DNA of 64,000 bases, taken from assembly GCA_038087875.1 (NCBI GenBank), contig CM075997.1, positions 4,466,001 to 4,530,000 on the forward strand, written 5' to 3'. The DNA is from Malacoraja senta (taxonomy: Eukaryota). The notes under the pieces were generated by a model. The model did not search any database and was not told the origin of the DNA. It saw only the letters and a program-made list of their open reading frames with translations. A program made the translations under genes and the position numbers. Below, one piece after another: positions 13,259 through 26,413 of this stretch; the stretch's first letter is position 1, and every line of letters begins with the position of its first letter.

Positions 13259-14138
13259 CTCCTTCCCCTCCCCTTCCCAGCTCTCCCACAGCCTACTGTC
13301 TCCACCTCTTCCTTTCTTCTTCCCCCCCCCCACCTCCGCATCAGTCTGAAGAAGGGTCTCGACATGAAACGTCACCTATTACTTCGCTCCATAGATGCTG
13401 CCTCACCCGCTGAATTTCCTCAGCATTTTTGTCTACCTTCGATTTTTCCAGCATCTGCAGTTCCTTCTTAAACAATTCGTAGGCCAAGCTCATACTAATT
13501 CTAATCAAACATACACAAATATGTGGGCTAGTGAGCAAAGAATTCACTCAATTAAAAGGTAGAATTTGGAATATCATTAAGAAATTCCATTCATACCAAG
13601 AGTCACAATGGATATCCCTCGAGAGCAGTGATTACTAAACTCCTGGAATCATTTAAGTAACAATTTGATCGGACAATCTGCAATTCATCGCCAATTCTCG
13701 TACGGTTTTCTTTTAAACTGGTTTCATTTTTGATCATTGGCCCAAATGAACCCTCCCATCCATATTTATCTCTTCATCTTGCGAGAACAAAGTGGGATAG
13801 GAAATTTAAAGTTAAAGGTTTTTGTGGTGGATAAGAGGCTGGATGAAAAATAAGGCCGGTTGGGCAGTTTTAACATGTGGAGTGATCCTGGACAAGTCTC
13901 AAGGCCCATTGACAACTGTTGCAAATTATATACCGTGCCTCAGGGGAGAAGTGATGTGTTACACACAGTTTTGAGGCAGTGGATGTACTTAGGCTCCAGC
14001 CACAGGCCTAATGCAGAAAGAAAGATTCTCCTACTAAAATCTCAAGAAACATTCCTAGTTATAGACAATAGACAATAGACAATAGACAATAGGTGCAGGA
14101 GTAGGCCATTCAGCCCTTTGAGCCAGCACCGCCATTCA

Positions 14139-14577
14139 TAGAAACATAGAAACATAGAAAATAGGTGCAGGAGTAGGCCATTTGGCCCTTCGAGCCTGCA
14201 CCGCCATTCAATATGATCATGGCTGATCATCCAACTCAGTATCCTGTACCTGCTTTCTCTCCATACCCCCTGATCCCTTTAGCCACAAGGGCCACATCTA
14301 ACTCCCTCTTAAATATAGCCAACGAACTGGCCTCAACTAAATTCTGTGGCAGAGAATTCCAGAGATTCACCACTCTCTGCGTAAAAAATGTTTTTCTCAT
14401 CTCAGTCCTAAAAGATTTCCCCTTTATCCTTAAACTGTGACCCCTTGTTCTGGACTTCCCCAACATCGGGAACAATCTTCCTGCATCTAGCCTGTCCAAC
14501 CCCTTAAGAATTTTGTAAGTTTCTATAAGAGCCCCCCTCAATCTTCTAAATTCCAGCGAGTACAAGCCGAGTCTATC
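14139..14577 (-). mobile_element. CR1 3' fragment nested in another CR1 3' end (14062-14735)
   Basis: ORF 14236-14592(-) DRLGLYSLEFRRLRG...GYGEKAGTGY and a (TCTATGTT)n tail. The host has a (TCTATTG)n tail. Confidence 0.9.
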
Positions 14578-17500
14578 GCTGATCATCCCCAATCAGTACC
14601 CCGTTCCTGCCTTCTCCCCATATCCCCTGACTCCACTATCTTTAAGAGCCCTATCTAGCTTTCTCTTGAAAGTATCCAGAGAACCGGCCTCCACCGCCCT
14701 CCGAGGCAGAGAATTCCACAGACTCACAACTCTCTATCAAAAGTTCAATCAAGGTCTTGTGTAGGAAGGAACTGCAGATGCTGGTTTAAATCGAAGACAG
14801 ACATAAAATGCTGGAGTAACTCAGCGGGACAGGCAGCATCTCTGGAGAGAAGGAATGGGTGACGTTTCGGGTCGAGACCCTTCTTCAGACTGACTTTAAT
14901 CAGGGTCGTACTCCAAAGTTTACACGGAGAACCAAGAGAGAACCTTAGGACGTTTGTCTCAGATGAATGAAAACAAAACAGTTGGATCTCGGCAGCTTGA
15001 AGCGTTTCTAAGAAGTTTAGCAGAATATTAACAACCAGTCGAGACGATTACCTCTGGTTATTATTTCAAGTAAAATTGCAAGCACGTTCTGCTCTGCCTC
15101 CCCTCACCCCGTCGTCTGTACCCCACGAGAGAGTTATCGAGATACAGCATGGAAACAGGCCCTTCGGCCCAACTTGCCCATTCTGGCCAACATGCCCCAG
15201 CTACACTAGTCCCACCTGCCCGCATTTGGTCCATGTCCCTCCAAACCTGTCCTATCCATGTACCTGTCTAACTGTTTCTTAAATGTCACCTATTCCTTAT
15301 CCCAGTCTGAAGAAGGGTTTCGGCCCGAAACGTTGCCTATTTCCTTCGCTCCATAGATGCTGCCTCACCCGCTGAGTTTCTCCAGCATTTTTGTCTACCT
15401 TATCTTAGAGATGCTGTCTGACCTGCAGATGTACTCCAGCTTTTTGTGTCTATCTTCAGTGTAAACCAGTTCCTACCTGCACAAAGGTACAAATCTTCCC
15501 GACTCTCAGTCTGATAGAGGGTCTCGACCCGAAACATCACCTATTCCTTTTCTCCAGAGATGCTGCCTGCCCCGCTGAGATACTCCAGCATTTTGCATCT
15601 ATCTTCGGTGTAAACCAGCATCTGCAGTTCCTTCCTACACATCACGAAAAGATGATGCATCTAAATTTTTGTTTTCTCTGAGGCTATCCAAATATCCCAA
15701 CTTTGAATTATACCTGGATGCCTCAGGATTGCTTGAGGCCCTTACACACTCCTGTTTTGTAAGCCTGGCTTGGTTGAACAGAGTTAACCAGGAGCTTGTA
15801 TATAATTGATGAATTCATACAGCGATTAACAATCTTGCTCAAATGACGAAGTGGGAGCTGGCCTGATGTAACATTATCATGAGAGTAAGCAATTGAAAAT
15901 GAGGAGGGCTTTGGCGGGCAGATTGCTGTCACACTCCAGTTTAGAGCAATTCTGCATCAGTTTAGTTTAGTTTAGTTTAGTTCAGCAGCAGTCTGAAGAA
16001 GGGTCTTGACCTGAAACGTCACCCATTCCTTCTCTCCAGAGATGGTGCCTGTCCTGCTGAGCTACTCCAGCTTTTTGTGTCTATCTTCAGTTTAAACTGG
16101 CATCTGCAATTCCTTCCTACACTCTAGTTTAGTTTAGTTTAGAGATGCAGCGTAGAAACAGGCCGTTCGGCCCACCGAGTTCAGTTTAGTTTGGTTTATT
16201 GTCACGTGTACCGAGGTACAATGAAAAGCTTCTGTTGCGTGCTAACCAGTCAGCAGAAAGACAATACATGATTACAATCGAGCCATTTGCAGTGTATAGA
16301 TACATGATAAGGGAATAACGTTTAGTGCAAGGTAAAGCCAGCAAAGTCCGATCAAAGATAGTCCGAGGGTCACCAATGAGGTAGATAGTAGTTCAGCACT
16401 GCTCTCTGGTTGTGGTAGGATGATTTAGTTGCCTGATAACAGCAGGGTCCACACCGACTAGCGATTCCCACTCATTACCACTATCTACACACACTCGGGA
16501 CAATTTTTACATTTATTATACCAAGCCAATTAACCGACAAACCTTTGGAGTGTGGGAGGAAACCGAAGTTCTCGGAGAAAACCCACGCAGGTCACGGGGA
16601 GAAGGTACAAACTCCTAACAGACAAGCTCCCGTAGTTGGCATCGAACCGGGGTCTCTGGCGCTGTGAGCGCTGTCAGGCAGCAACTCTACCGCTGCGTCA
16701 TCGTGCCACACAAGAGAGAGGGCTTTGATCAGCTGGAGTTAACAAACAAAATTCAGGAGAATGAAGACACAAGACACTGCAGATGCTGGAATCTTGCATA
16801 GAACACAAAGTGTTGGAGTAATTCAGTGGGTTAGGTCTCCAGAGGACATGGATAGGTGACGTTCTGGGTTGGGACCCTTCTGAAGACTGAAGGTGCTGGA
16901 ATTAGTTTCGTTTAGTTCAGAGATTTACAAACCTGTACGTCTTTGGAGTGCGGGAGGAAACCGGAGCACCCGGAGAAAACCCACGCGGGTCATGGGGAGA
17001 GCGTGTACAAACTCCGTACAGACGGCGCCCGTAGTCAGGATGGAACGCTGGTGCTGTAAGGCAGCAAATCTACCGCTGCGCCACCGTACCGCCCTTGAGG
17101 AATCTTGAGGAATAAAACAAGACCTGCTGGAAGAGCTCAGTGGGTCAGGCAGCATCTGTGGAAAGAGGTGGACAGATGATTAAGAAACAAGGAACTGCAG
17201 ATGGTGCCCATAAGAGGACATAAAGTGCTGGAGTTACTCAGCAGGTCAGGGCAGTATCTCTGGAGAACAATGGTGGGTGACTTTTGTCTCGAAACGTCAT
17301 CAATCATTCTTCTCCAGAGATGCTGCCTGGTCCGCTGAGTTACTCCAGCACTTTGTGTCTATCTTGGATATAAATCGGCATCTGCAGTTCCTTGTTTCTA
17401 CTGTCTATCAGCTGGAGTTGTTTTTTAGCCTTTTTAATCCATTTGGCAGCAATGTCTGGGATGCGCCACAAGGTGTCAGAAGTACATCGCAATTTCCCCT

Positions 17501-17705
17501 CTGGGCTAGGGGAACAGCATTTGTATATGAGGCGCACTGTGTCACCTCTGAAGCTAGCAGCAAAGCAAGGACTGAGCATTAGTACACAAAGCTCCATCAC
17601 AAAGATGGGTGCATTTACCAAATCTCTGCCTACGTTTAAATCAGTGCGGATTGGGGCGGCAGGGTGGTGCAGCGGTAGAGTTGCTGCCTCTACCAAATTT
17701 GCCTC

Positions 17706-18245
17706 TTCCAAATCTGAGGAAGGACATTATAGCCATAGAGGGAGTGCAGAGAAGGTTCACCAGACTAATTCCTGGGATGTCAGGACTTTCATATGAAGAA
17801 AGACTGGATAGACTTGGCTTATATTCGCTAGAATTTAGGAGATTGAGAGGGGATCTTATAGAAACGTAAAAAATTCTTATGGGGTTGGACAGGCTAGATG
17901 CAGGAAGATTGTTCCCGATGTTGGGGAAGTCCAGGACAAAGGGTCACTGCTTAAGGATAAGGGGGAAATCCTTTAAGACCGAGATGAGGAAAAACTTTTT
18001 CACACAGAGAGTGGTGAATCTCTGGAACTCTCTGCCACAGAGGGTAGTTGAGGCCAGTTCATTGGCTATATTTAAGAGGGAGTTAGATGTGGCCCTTGTG
18101 GCTAAAGGGATCAGGGGGTATGGAGAGAAGGCAGGTACAGGATACCGAGTTGGATGATCAGCCATGATCATATTGAATGGCGGTGCAGGCTCGAAGGGCC
18201 GAATGGCCTACTCCTGCACCTATTTTCTATGTATCTATGTATCTA
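17706..18245 (+). mobile_element. CR1 3' fragment, same young subfamily, inserted into a V-SINE
   Basis: Nearly identical to ~45564-46102. The host SINE is split at TTGCTGCCTC|ACAGCGCC, with TGCCTC at 17685-17690 and 18246-18251. Confidence 0.93.
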
Positions 18246-19134
18246 TGCCTCACAGCGCCAGAGACCCGGGTTCGATCCCAGTCTGTACGGAGTTTGTACG
18301 TTCTACTCGTGACTGCGTGGGTTTTCTCCGGGTGCTCCGGTTTCCTCCCACACTCCAACAGGTTTGTGGATGAATTGACTTCGGTAAAGATAGTAAATTG
18401 ATCGCGAGTGTGTAGGATGGTGCGAGTGTACGTGGTGATCGCTGGTCGGCGCGGACACGGTGGGCCGAGGGGCCTGTTTCCACACTGTGTCTCCAAACTA
18501 AACTTAAACTAAAATTGAACAGAAGTGGCAACACGAGTGGAGAGAGTGATTAATATATCGTATAGTATGTTTGTCTTCATTGGTAGGGTCATGCAGACAG
18601 CTTTCAGTGAAATCCCAGACCACCTTCCAGTTGATCTGGGGGTTAAAGATAGACACATAACGCTGGAGTAACTCAGCGGGTCAGACAACATCTCTGGAGA
18701 AAAGGAATAGGTGATGTTTCAGGTCGAGACCCTTCTTCGGACCGAGCATCAGGGAAAAAGGGGAAATGGGAGATATAGATGGTGACAGAGAGAGATATAG
18801 AACAAACGATGATAAAGGAAATAGGCCATTGTTAGCTGTGGGCTAGGTGAAATAGAGTTACAGACAATGAGACTCAACAAGATGACTTTGAAAGCTTGGG
18901 TTGAGGAAGGGACAGAGGGAGAGGGGGTGCAGGGGGAATGTGAATTTGAGAAATCAATGTTCGTTACCGCTGGGGTGTAAGCTGCCCAAGCAAAATATGA
19001 GGTGCTGTTCCTCCAATCTGCATTTGGCCTCACTCTGACAATGGAGGAGGCCCAGGACACAAAAGGCCAGTGTGGGAATGGGGAGAGAGAGTTAGAGAGT
19101 GTTTGGCAACTGGGAGATCAGGTAGGTCCAGGTG

Positions 19135-20212
19135 GGTCCGATACGGACCGGGTGCGACGGGCCACAATGCACAACGGGGGCAAAAGCGTGCCCAACGTCG
19201 CCCTCACCTTGATGGCCATCTTTGTGTGTGGCTGCTTCAGGCGGAGCGTAGAGCCAAGGCACGTGGGCACCACGTGTCACTACCTGCTGAGGTTCTACCT
19301 GTCCCCGGTGTTGCGAAGGATGGGCCCGGCGCAGATGCCACGCAATGTGCCAGTCAGCTGGACATTGCCGCCCCATCTGTCGTTGGTGGGAAGGTTCTTC
19401 CGGACCAACACCTTTGACCTCTTGTCCATTGGGCAGTGGACAGCATGGAACATCCTGCAGGCACTGCAGGGAAAGGACTCCATGGATCCGGTGGTGTGGT
19501 TCCCAGAGCAGACTGCCCAGCTTGTCTGGCAAAATGCCTCATCGCCAGAACTCACCAACAAGCATCAAGACCTGGCTTGGCTGGCGGTGAGGGGAGCCCT
19601 CCCAGTCAGATCCTTCCTGCACCGTCGGAACCTCACTACCAGCGCACGCTGCCCTCGGGACGGCTGCTACGGAGAGGAGACGGTTGCCCACCTCTTCGCA
19701 GAGTGTGGATTTGCAAAAAGAGTCTGGAGAAGTTTGCAAGGGTCCCTGTCACGGTTTATTCCGAACATCTCCGTCACAGAGGACTCTGTGATCTATGAAC
19801 TGTTCCCAGAGACACATTCAGAGATGGACGTCCGGTGCTGCTGGAAGGTCATCAACTCGGTGAAAGACGCTCTTTGGTCAGCCCCGAACCTTGTTGACCT
19901 CCCAGCGGAGCGAGATGTCCGTCGGGGAATGTTGCCAACTGGCCCGCTGCAGACTGCAGGAGTACGTGCTGAGGGACGCACTGAAGCTCGGTGCAGACAA
20001 CGCCAAGGCTCGGTGGGGGAGGACCACAGTCTAGGGTCCTTCCGCTGCAGGACATGGGGGGCAGAGTTCGGTGGGGAGGGAAATCTACCCAGGTGGCCAC
20101 ATGAGTGGCAAGGGTGCCGGTGTAGCGATAGTTTGTGAACACTACCAATTACAACGCTAGTGAACGTTGAGAAGAGTTTTTGCACATTTCTTGTTTTGAA
20201 CATATAATTTTT
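19135..20212 (+). mobile_element. L1/Tx1-clade LINE 3' part (zf-RVT region), degraded
   Basis: DLAWLAVRGALPVRSFLHRRNL..ARCPRDGCYGEETVAHLFAECGFAKRVW (CCHC zinc finger downstream of RT), with frameshifts. Confidence 0.85.
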
Positions 20213-20244
20213 CTCCTGAAGATAGACACAAAAAGCTGGAGTAA

Positions 20245-20571
20245 TAGCCCTGTCCCACTGTTACAATACAATACGGTTTTATTCCCACTGTTCATTCATT
20301 CTCCCGAGTTTTGCCCTGATTCGAACTCGGAGAATTACGGTAATAGCCGCTCGTCGGTACTCGAGGCTCTCGTGGACATTTTTCAACATGTTGAAAAATC
20401 TTCACGAGTCTTCCCGAGCTTGCCGCGTTTCCCGAGTACCTGCCGTTAGCGTTACGAGCCGCTAAGAGACGTCCCCGAGCTGCTACGTACATTCAACGTA
20501 TTACCACGAGACTGATTTTTTTTTAAACTCGGGAGAGCTCTTGAATTAGCTCGTACAGTGCGACAGGGCTT
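20245..20571. mobile_element. PIF/Harbinger-type MITE inserted into GCTGGAG-TAA-CTCAGC of a PLE-derived unit
   Basis: TAGCCCTGTCCCAC / GTGCGACAGGGCTT with TAA TSD; host sequence resumes exactly. Confidence 0.9.
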
Positions 20572-21022
20572 TAACTCAGCGGGTCAGACAACATCTCTGG
20601 AGAAAAGGAAAGGATGATGTTTCGTGTCGAGACCCTTCTTCGGACTGAGCGTCAGGGGAAAGGGAAACGAGAGATATAGGAAATTAAAAAAAGTCATGAA
20701 GTCATGATGCAGGTTTATAGGAAGTTGTTTAGATGCATTTGGAGTTTTGAATGCAGTTCTGGTCACCTCATTACATGAAGGATGTGAAAGCTTTGGAGAG
20801 GGTGCAGAAGAGATTCACCACAATTATGTTTAAAAAAGAACTGCAGATGCTGGTAAAATCAAAGGTAGGCACAAAATGCTGGAGTAACTCAGCGGGTGAA
20901 ATGTCGCCAACTCCTTCTCTCCATAGATGCTGCCTCATCCACTGAGTTACTCCAGCATTTTGTGTCTACCTTCACCACAATGATGCCTGGTATTAGCTTT
21001 AAGGAAAGGTTGAACTTGGTTA

Positions 21023-21280
21023 AAGGCCTGTCCCACTTGGCGACTTTTTTCGGCAACTGCCGGCATCATTGACTGACGTATCAGGGTCGCCGAAAGATTT
21101 TGAACATTTCAAAATCCAGCGGCGTCAAAAAAAACGTTGCGACACTTGAGGAAACGCCGCGCGTCAATAAGTGGTCACGCCGCGTCACCGCCGCATCACG
21201 CCGCGACTTTATCGGTGACATGATACGTCAGTCAATGATGCCGGCAGTCGCCGAAAAAATCGGCAAGTGGGACAGGCCCT
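21023..21280. mobile_element. PIF/Harbinger-type MITE (partial relative at ~7203-7333)
   Basis: AAGGCCTGTCCCACTTG / CAAGTGGGACAGGCCCT with TTA TSD. Confidence 0.9.
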
Positions 21281-22233
21281 TTAGTTTGTTTTCTCTGGAG
21301 AATTGGAGGCTGAGGGGAACCAGGCACAGAGAGGGTAGACAGTCAGAACCTATATCCCAGGAAGGAAGTATCAAATACCAGAGGGCATAGCTTTAGCGTG
21401 AAATGGGGCAAAGTTTAAAGGGGATGTGCGGGGCAGGTTTTATACACTGAAAGCATTGAATGTTTGGAACGCGCTGCCAGGGGTGGTGGTGGAGGCAGAT
21501 ACGATAGTGGTGTTTAAGAGGCTTTAAGACAGACACATGGATATGCAGGGCGTGGAGGGATACGGAATATGTGCAGGCAGAGATTAGTTTAACTTGCCAT
21601 TGCGTTTGGCACTGTAGACATTGTGGGCCCTAGTTCCTATGCTGCAATGTTCTATGCTCTACGCTTCATTCTATATTCACCCTCTGTCGCATCCACTCCC
21701 TACACATTATAGTACAAATTTATACAGCGCGGAAACAGGCCACTGGGCCCACCGATTCCGCGTCGACCAGCGATCACCCCGACCATTCGCACTATCCTAC
21801 ACGCTAGGGACAATGTACAATTTTGTACCGCAGCCACTTAAAAGCTACAAACCCGCACGTCTTTGGAGTGTGGGAGGAAACCGGAGCACCCGGAGAAAAC
21901 CCCATGCAGGTCATGGGGAGAACTTGTAAACTCCGTACAGACAGCACCGGTGGTCAGGATCGAACCCGGGTCTCTGGCGCAACTCCACCGCTGCGCCACC
22001 GTGCAGAAGCCAACCAAGAATCGAGTTGAATTTGTCAGTGTGAGTGGGGGCTGGGGTGGAAGACCACAGTCTGTTTTTTTTGGAGAGGGACAAAGCTTCA
22101 AGTGTGACGCAAAATGCTGGGGTAACTCAGCAGGACAGGCAGCATCTCTGGAGAGAAGGAATAGGTGACGTTTCGGGTCGAGACCCTTCTAGAAACGGAA
22201 AAATTAAACTCGATTTCTGTTTTACTCTTTAAA

Positions 22234-22410
22234 GGTGGCACGGTGGCGCAGCGGTAGAGTTGCTGCCTCACAGCGCCAGAGACCCAGGTTCGATCCTGAC
22301 TACGGGTGCTGTCTGTACGGAGTTTGTACGTTCTCCCTGTGACCCGCGTGGGTTTTCTCCGGGTGCTCCGGTTTCCTCCCACACTCCAAAGACGTGCAGG
22401 TTTGTAGATC
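22234..22410 (+). mobile_element. tRNA-derived V-SINE (HE1-like), representative copy
   Basis: A-box GGTGGCGCAGCGG, B-box GGTTCGATCC, V-domain GGAGTTTGTACGTTCTCCC..CGTGGGTTTTCTCCGG. Other copies at ~1-250, 2861-3100, 3370-3628, 8543-8852, 8962-9380(-), 10511-10815(-), 10880-11080(-), 11273-11545(-), 16447-16708(-), 16925-17092(-), 17657-18512, 21722-22003(-), 25122-25380, 32781-33092(-), 34727-35000(-), 40965-41128(-), 43810-43980(-). Confidence 0.9.
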
Positions 22411-25400
22411 AAGTAGCTTTGGTACAATTGTAGAAGGAAGGGTCTTCGAGAAGTGTTTCGACCCGAGGCGTCACCCATTCCTTCTCTCCAGAGACGCTGC
22501 CTGTCCTGCTGAGTTCCTCCAGCATTGTGTGTCTATCTTCGATTTAAACCAGCATCTGCAGTTCTGTCCTACGAAGCTTTGAGTGTACCATTCCACAAAC
22601 AGCATGGAGCACGGTGCACTCTGGGGTGATATTTCCACTTCCCACACTCACTGTTCTCCTGGCCTCTGAGTGAGATTAGCCAATTACTGCCAAATTATAG
22701 GCACTTTGGTGTCACGGGGTGAGCTCTGCTGGGATCAGGACTAAATCTTTCCAAACCCCTTCCATGTCGAATCCTTAATAACCATCAAAGGCAGAAGACC
22801 CAGATCCCATCTGGTCGAAACCAAAGGGATTGATGTAATTATGCATACAATGCCCTTTACCTTGTGTCGGTTTGGATATAAACTGCTCCTTGCCACTTGT
22901 TCACAGTGGAAGCAGAATGGTTCTTACTTTGATCATCGGACGATCGCTTGGTAAAACGGGGAATCAAAGAGAGAACAAAGAGAGCGGCCAGAAGGTTTGC
23001 TTTAAGCGAGGGGTTGCCACAGGTCAGTTGCCCGAACTGTGGTGGAAGCAGAATCTCAGATGGAGAAGCAATGTGTAAGAAGGAACTGCAGATGCTGGTT
23101 TAAACCGGAGATAGGCACAAAAAGCTGGAGTAACTCAGCGGGACAGGCGGCATCTCTGGAGAGAAGGAATGGGTGATGTATCGGGTCGAGTCTGAAGAAG
23201 GGTCTCGACCCGAAGCGTCACCCATTCCTTCTCTCCAGAGATGCTGCCTGTCCCTCTGAGTTACTCCAGGTTTTTGTGTCTATCAATGGAGAAGCAGTTT
23301 GAGTTAGTGAGGAAAGGGAATGGGACCTAGAAGGGAGAGAAGGTGTAGCTCTTAGGGCTAACCAGGGGTCACAGTTTAAGAATAAGAGGTAGGCCATTTA
23401 GGACGGAGATTAGGAAAACAAATTTTACCCAGAGAGTTGTGAATCTGTGGAATTCTGTGCCACAGAAGGCAGTGGAGGCCAATTCACTGGATGTTTTCAA
23501 GAGAGAGTTAGATTTAGCTCTTAGGGCTAACGGAATCAAGGGATATGGGGAGAAAGCAGGAACGGGGTACTGATTGGGGATGATCAGCCATGATCATATT
23601 GAATGGCGGTGCTGGCTTGAAGGGCCGAATGGCCTCCTCCTGTACCTATTTTCTATTTTCCTATCACTGTGGAGAGTGCATCCACAGGACCATCATTCCA
23701 GCGATGGGCTGAATGGCCTTGGCTTATGCTGTGATCTTTGCTTCTGGCCACTGGCACTGGGTAGGGTTATTCCTGCCCGTTACCTTGGTAGTCAGTCCCA
23801 TCCTCAATGGATTCCCCTCCTCGAGGTCAAAGACTCTGCCTCAACCCTATTGGTTTCTGCATTGTATCTCTAAAGTCTAAAGGTCAGGCATAATCTGCCG
23901 AGGTGCATCAATCCGAATCCTTAATACTTTCACCCTCTGTGGGCGCTGACTGACCTTCTGAATATTTCCATAGCCCCTTGGACTAGAGGTCATAGCCACA
24001 GAATTAAAGGATGTTCTTTAAGGAAGGAGATGAGGAGAAATCTCTTTGGTCAGAGGGTGGTGAATCAGTGGAATTCCTTGCCATAGAAGGCTGTGGAGGC
24101 CAAGTCAATGGATTTTTTTAAGGCAGATAGATAGATTCTTGATTAGTACAGGATTCCGGGGTTATGGGGAAAAGGCAGGAGAATGGGGTTAGGAGGGAGA
24201 GATAGATCAGCCATGATTGAATGGTGGAGTAGACTTGATTGGCCAATTGTCCTAATTCCAATTCCTTATGACCTTAAGTCTTAGGAGCGGAATTAAGCCA
24301 TTCGGCCTATCAAGTCTATTCCACCATTCAATCATGGCTGATCTATCTTTCCCTTTCAACCCTTTCTCCCCAGAACCCTTGACACCCGTACTAATCAGGA
24401 TTATATCAATCTTTGCCTTAAAAATACCCAATGACCTGGCTTCCACAGCTGGCTGTGGCAATGAATTCCACAGATTCACCACCCTCTGACAAAAGTCTGT
24501 CTGTGGAATTATCTGCCTCAGAGGGCAGTGGAGGCCGGTTCTCTGGATACTTGCAAGAGAGAGCTAGACAGGGCTCTTAAAAATAGCGGAGTCAGGAGAT
24601 ATGGGGAGAAGGCAGGAACGGGGTACTGATTGGGGATGATCAGCCATGATCACATTAAATGACGGTGCTGGCTCGAAGGGCCGAATGGCCTACTCCTGCA
24701 CCTATTGTCTATTGTCCATTGAAAGGAATTCCTCCTCATCTCCTTCCTAAAGGCACGTTATTTTATTCTGAGGCTGTGACCTCTTGGTCTCTTTCCAGAA
24801 CTTTCTGATAGGTGCTGGTGTTAATGTTAATGAATGAGACTCTTTCCAGCAACTATGTAGAATGTACATGTACGCACTCCTTTTATAACTTCCCGAACAC
24901 TTTATAACTTTGGAATTCAATCTTTTATACATTCTTACCTGAGGCTCCCAGAGCAGGCAATGTTATGGCTGGAATACAACTCGTTCAACCAAATAAATCG
25001 GCCCTCACCTCGTTCAAGATAACAGGCAAAATCTAATTCTGATGGGCTTCGGTGAAGTTGATGCAGTGAAAAGGTTTTCAGTCGTGGGAAAAACAAGAAC
25101 TATTATTGTAAAGGATGCTAAGGGCAGCACGGTTGAGTTGCTGCCTTACAGCGCCAGAGACGCGGGTTCGATCCCGACCACGGGCGCTGTCTGCGTGGAG
25201 TTTGTACGTTCTTCCCTGCGTGGGTTTTCTCCGAGATCTTCGGTTTCCTCCCGCACTCCAAAGATGCACAGGTTTGTAGGTTAATTGGTTTTGGTGTGTC
25301 AATGTAAAATTGTCCCCAGTGTGTGCAGGGTGGTGTTAATGTGCGGGGATCGCCGCTAGGCGCAGACTCGGTGGATTCCACGCTGCAACGCGGTGGTGTC

Positions 25401-25482
25401 ACTGTGTAGTGAGTTGCTCTGTGTTATACAGTGGCGTTGATGCCCAGAGCAAGTTCAAATCTATTTAATGTGAGAAACCTTA

Positions 25483-26413
25483 CGGGCCTGTCCCACTTGG
25501 GCGACATTTTCGTCGACAGCCTGAAAAGAGGTAGTTGTGGCGTGGTCGGGGCATGACGCGCGGTGTCTCCCCGTCGCCCCTGGATTTTGGAATGTTCAAA
25601 ATCTTCAGGCGACATCTGGGTGTCTCATCGTGTCGGGCGCCCTGTCACACGCTGACATACACTGTCCTGCAGGTGACGCCCGGTGACGCGGGTATATAAA
25701 GCGCCGACTTCTCCATTAAAAAGTTATTGGTTCACAGACTTCGGAGCTGTGGCGGCGTTCCGGCGGCGGCGGCCCGACTTCGGAGGCTCGGCCGCGGGCA
25801 TCGTCGGGAGCTCACAGGTTGGTGACCTGTTTTTCCGGAGGTCCCGCAACAACAACTTCGTCCGCTGGACTGGAGGGCGGCAGCTTCGACCGCCCCGGGC
25901 CGCGGAGTTTGAACCGGCCCGTTCGCGGAGCTCGGATTCAGCCGCGGGACTGACTTTACTTACCATCACCCGCGGGGTCACAACATCGGAGGCCTGGATC
26001 GCCTCAGCGCAGAGGGAGAACAAGGAGGGAAGAGACAAAGACTTTAAGACTTTTGCCTTCCATCACAGTGAGGAGGTGCCTGGTAGACTCACTGTGGTGG
26101 ATGTTAAATTTGTGTTTATTGTGTGTTTTTGTTATTTTTATTACATGTATGACTGCAAGGCACGAAATTTCGTTCAGGCCAAAAGGTATGAATGAATATA
26201 AAGGATATTTTGACTTTGACTTAGATTTATTGTGGATAAGTTCATTTCCAATGTGATTATTATACTTCGGTGTAACCTTCTTGCGTGGTGAAGGCGGGAG
26301 ACGCGGAGTGTGACGTGACGGTGGCGCGGAGTGTCGTACAACTTGACGGTTTTTAGGCCATCAGTCGCTGACGTTCGCAGTCGCTGAAAAAATCGCAACG
26401 TGGGACAAGCCCT
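25483..26413. mobile_element. Harbinger-type MITE with nested non-coding retroelement (~25690-26225)
   Basis: CGGGCCTGTCCCAC / GTGGGACAAGCCCT, flanked by TTA/CTA. Confidence 0.75.

Noticed and set aside
19002..20138. 378-aa ORF as a host gene
   Set aside because: Chimera of antisense Penelope sequence and a frameshifted Tx1-like ORF2 fragment.
22234..22310. tRNA gene (A/B boxes)
   Set aside because: tRNA-derived head of a V-SINE continuing into the V-domain; many degenerate copies.
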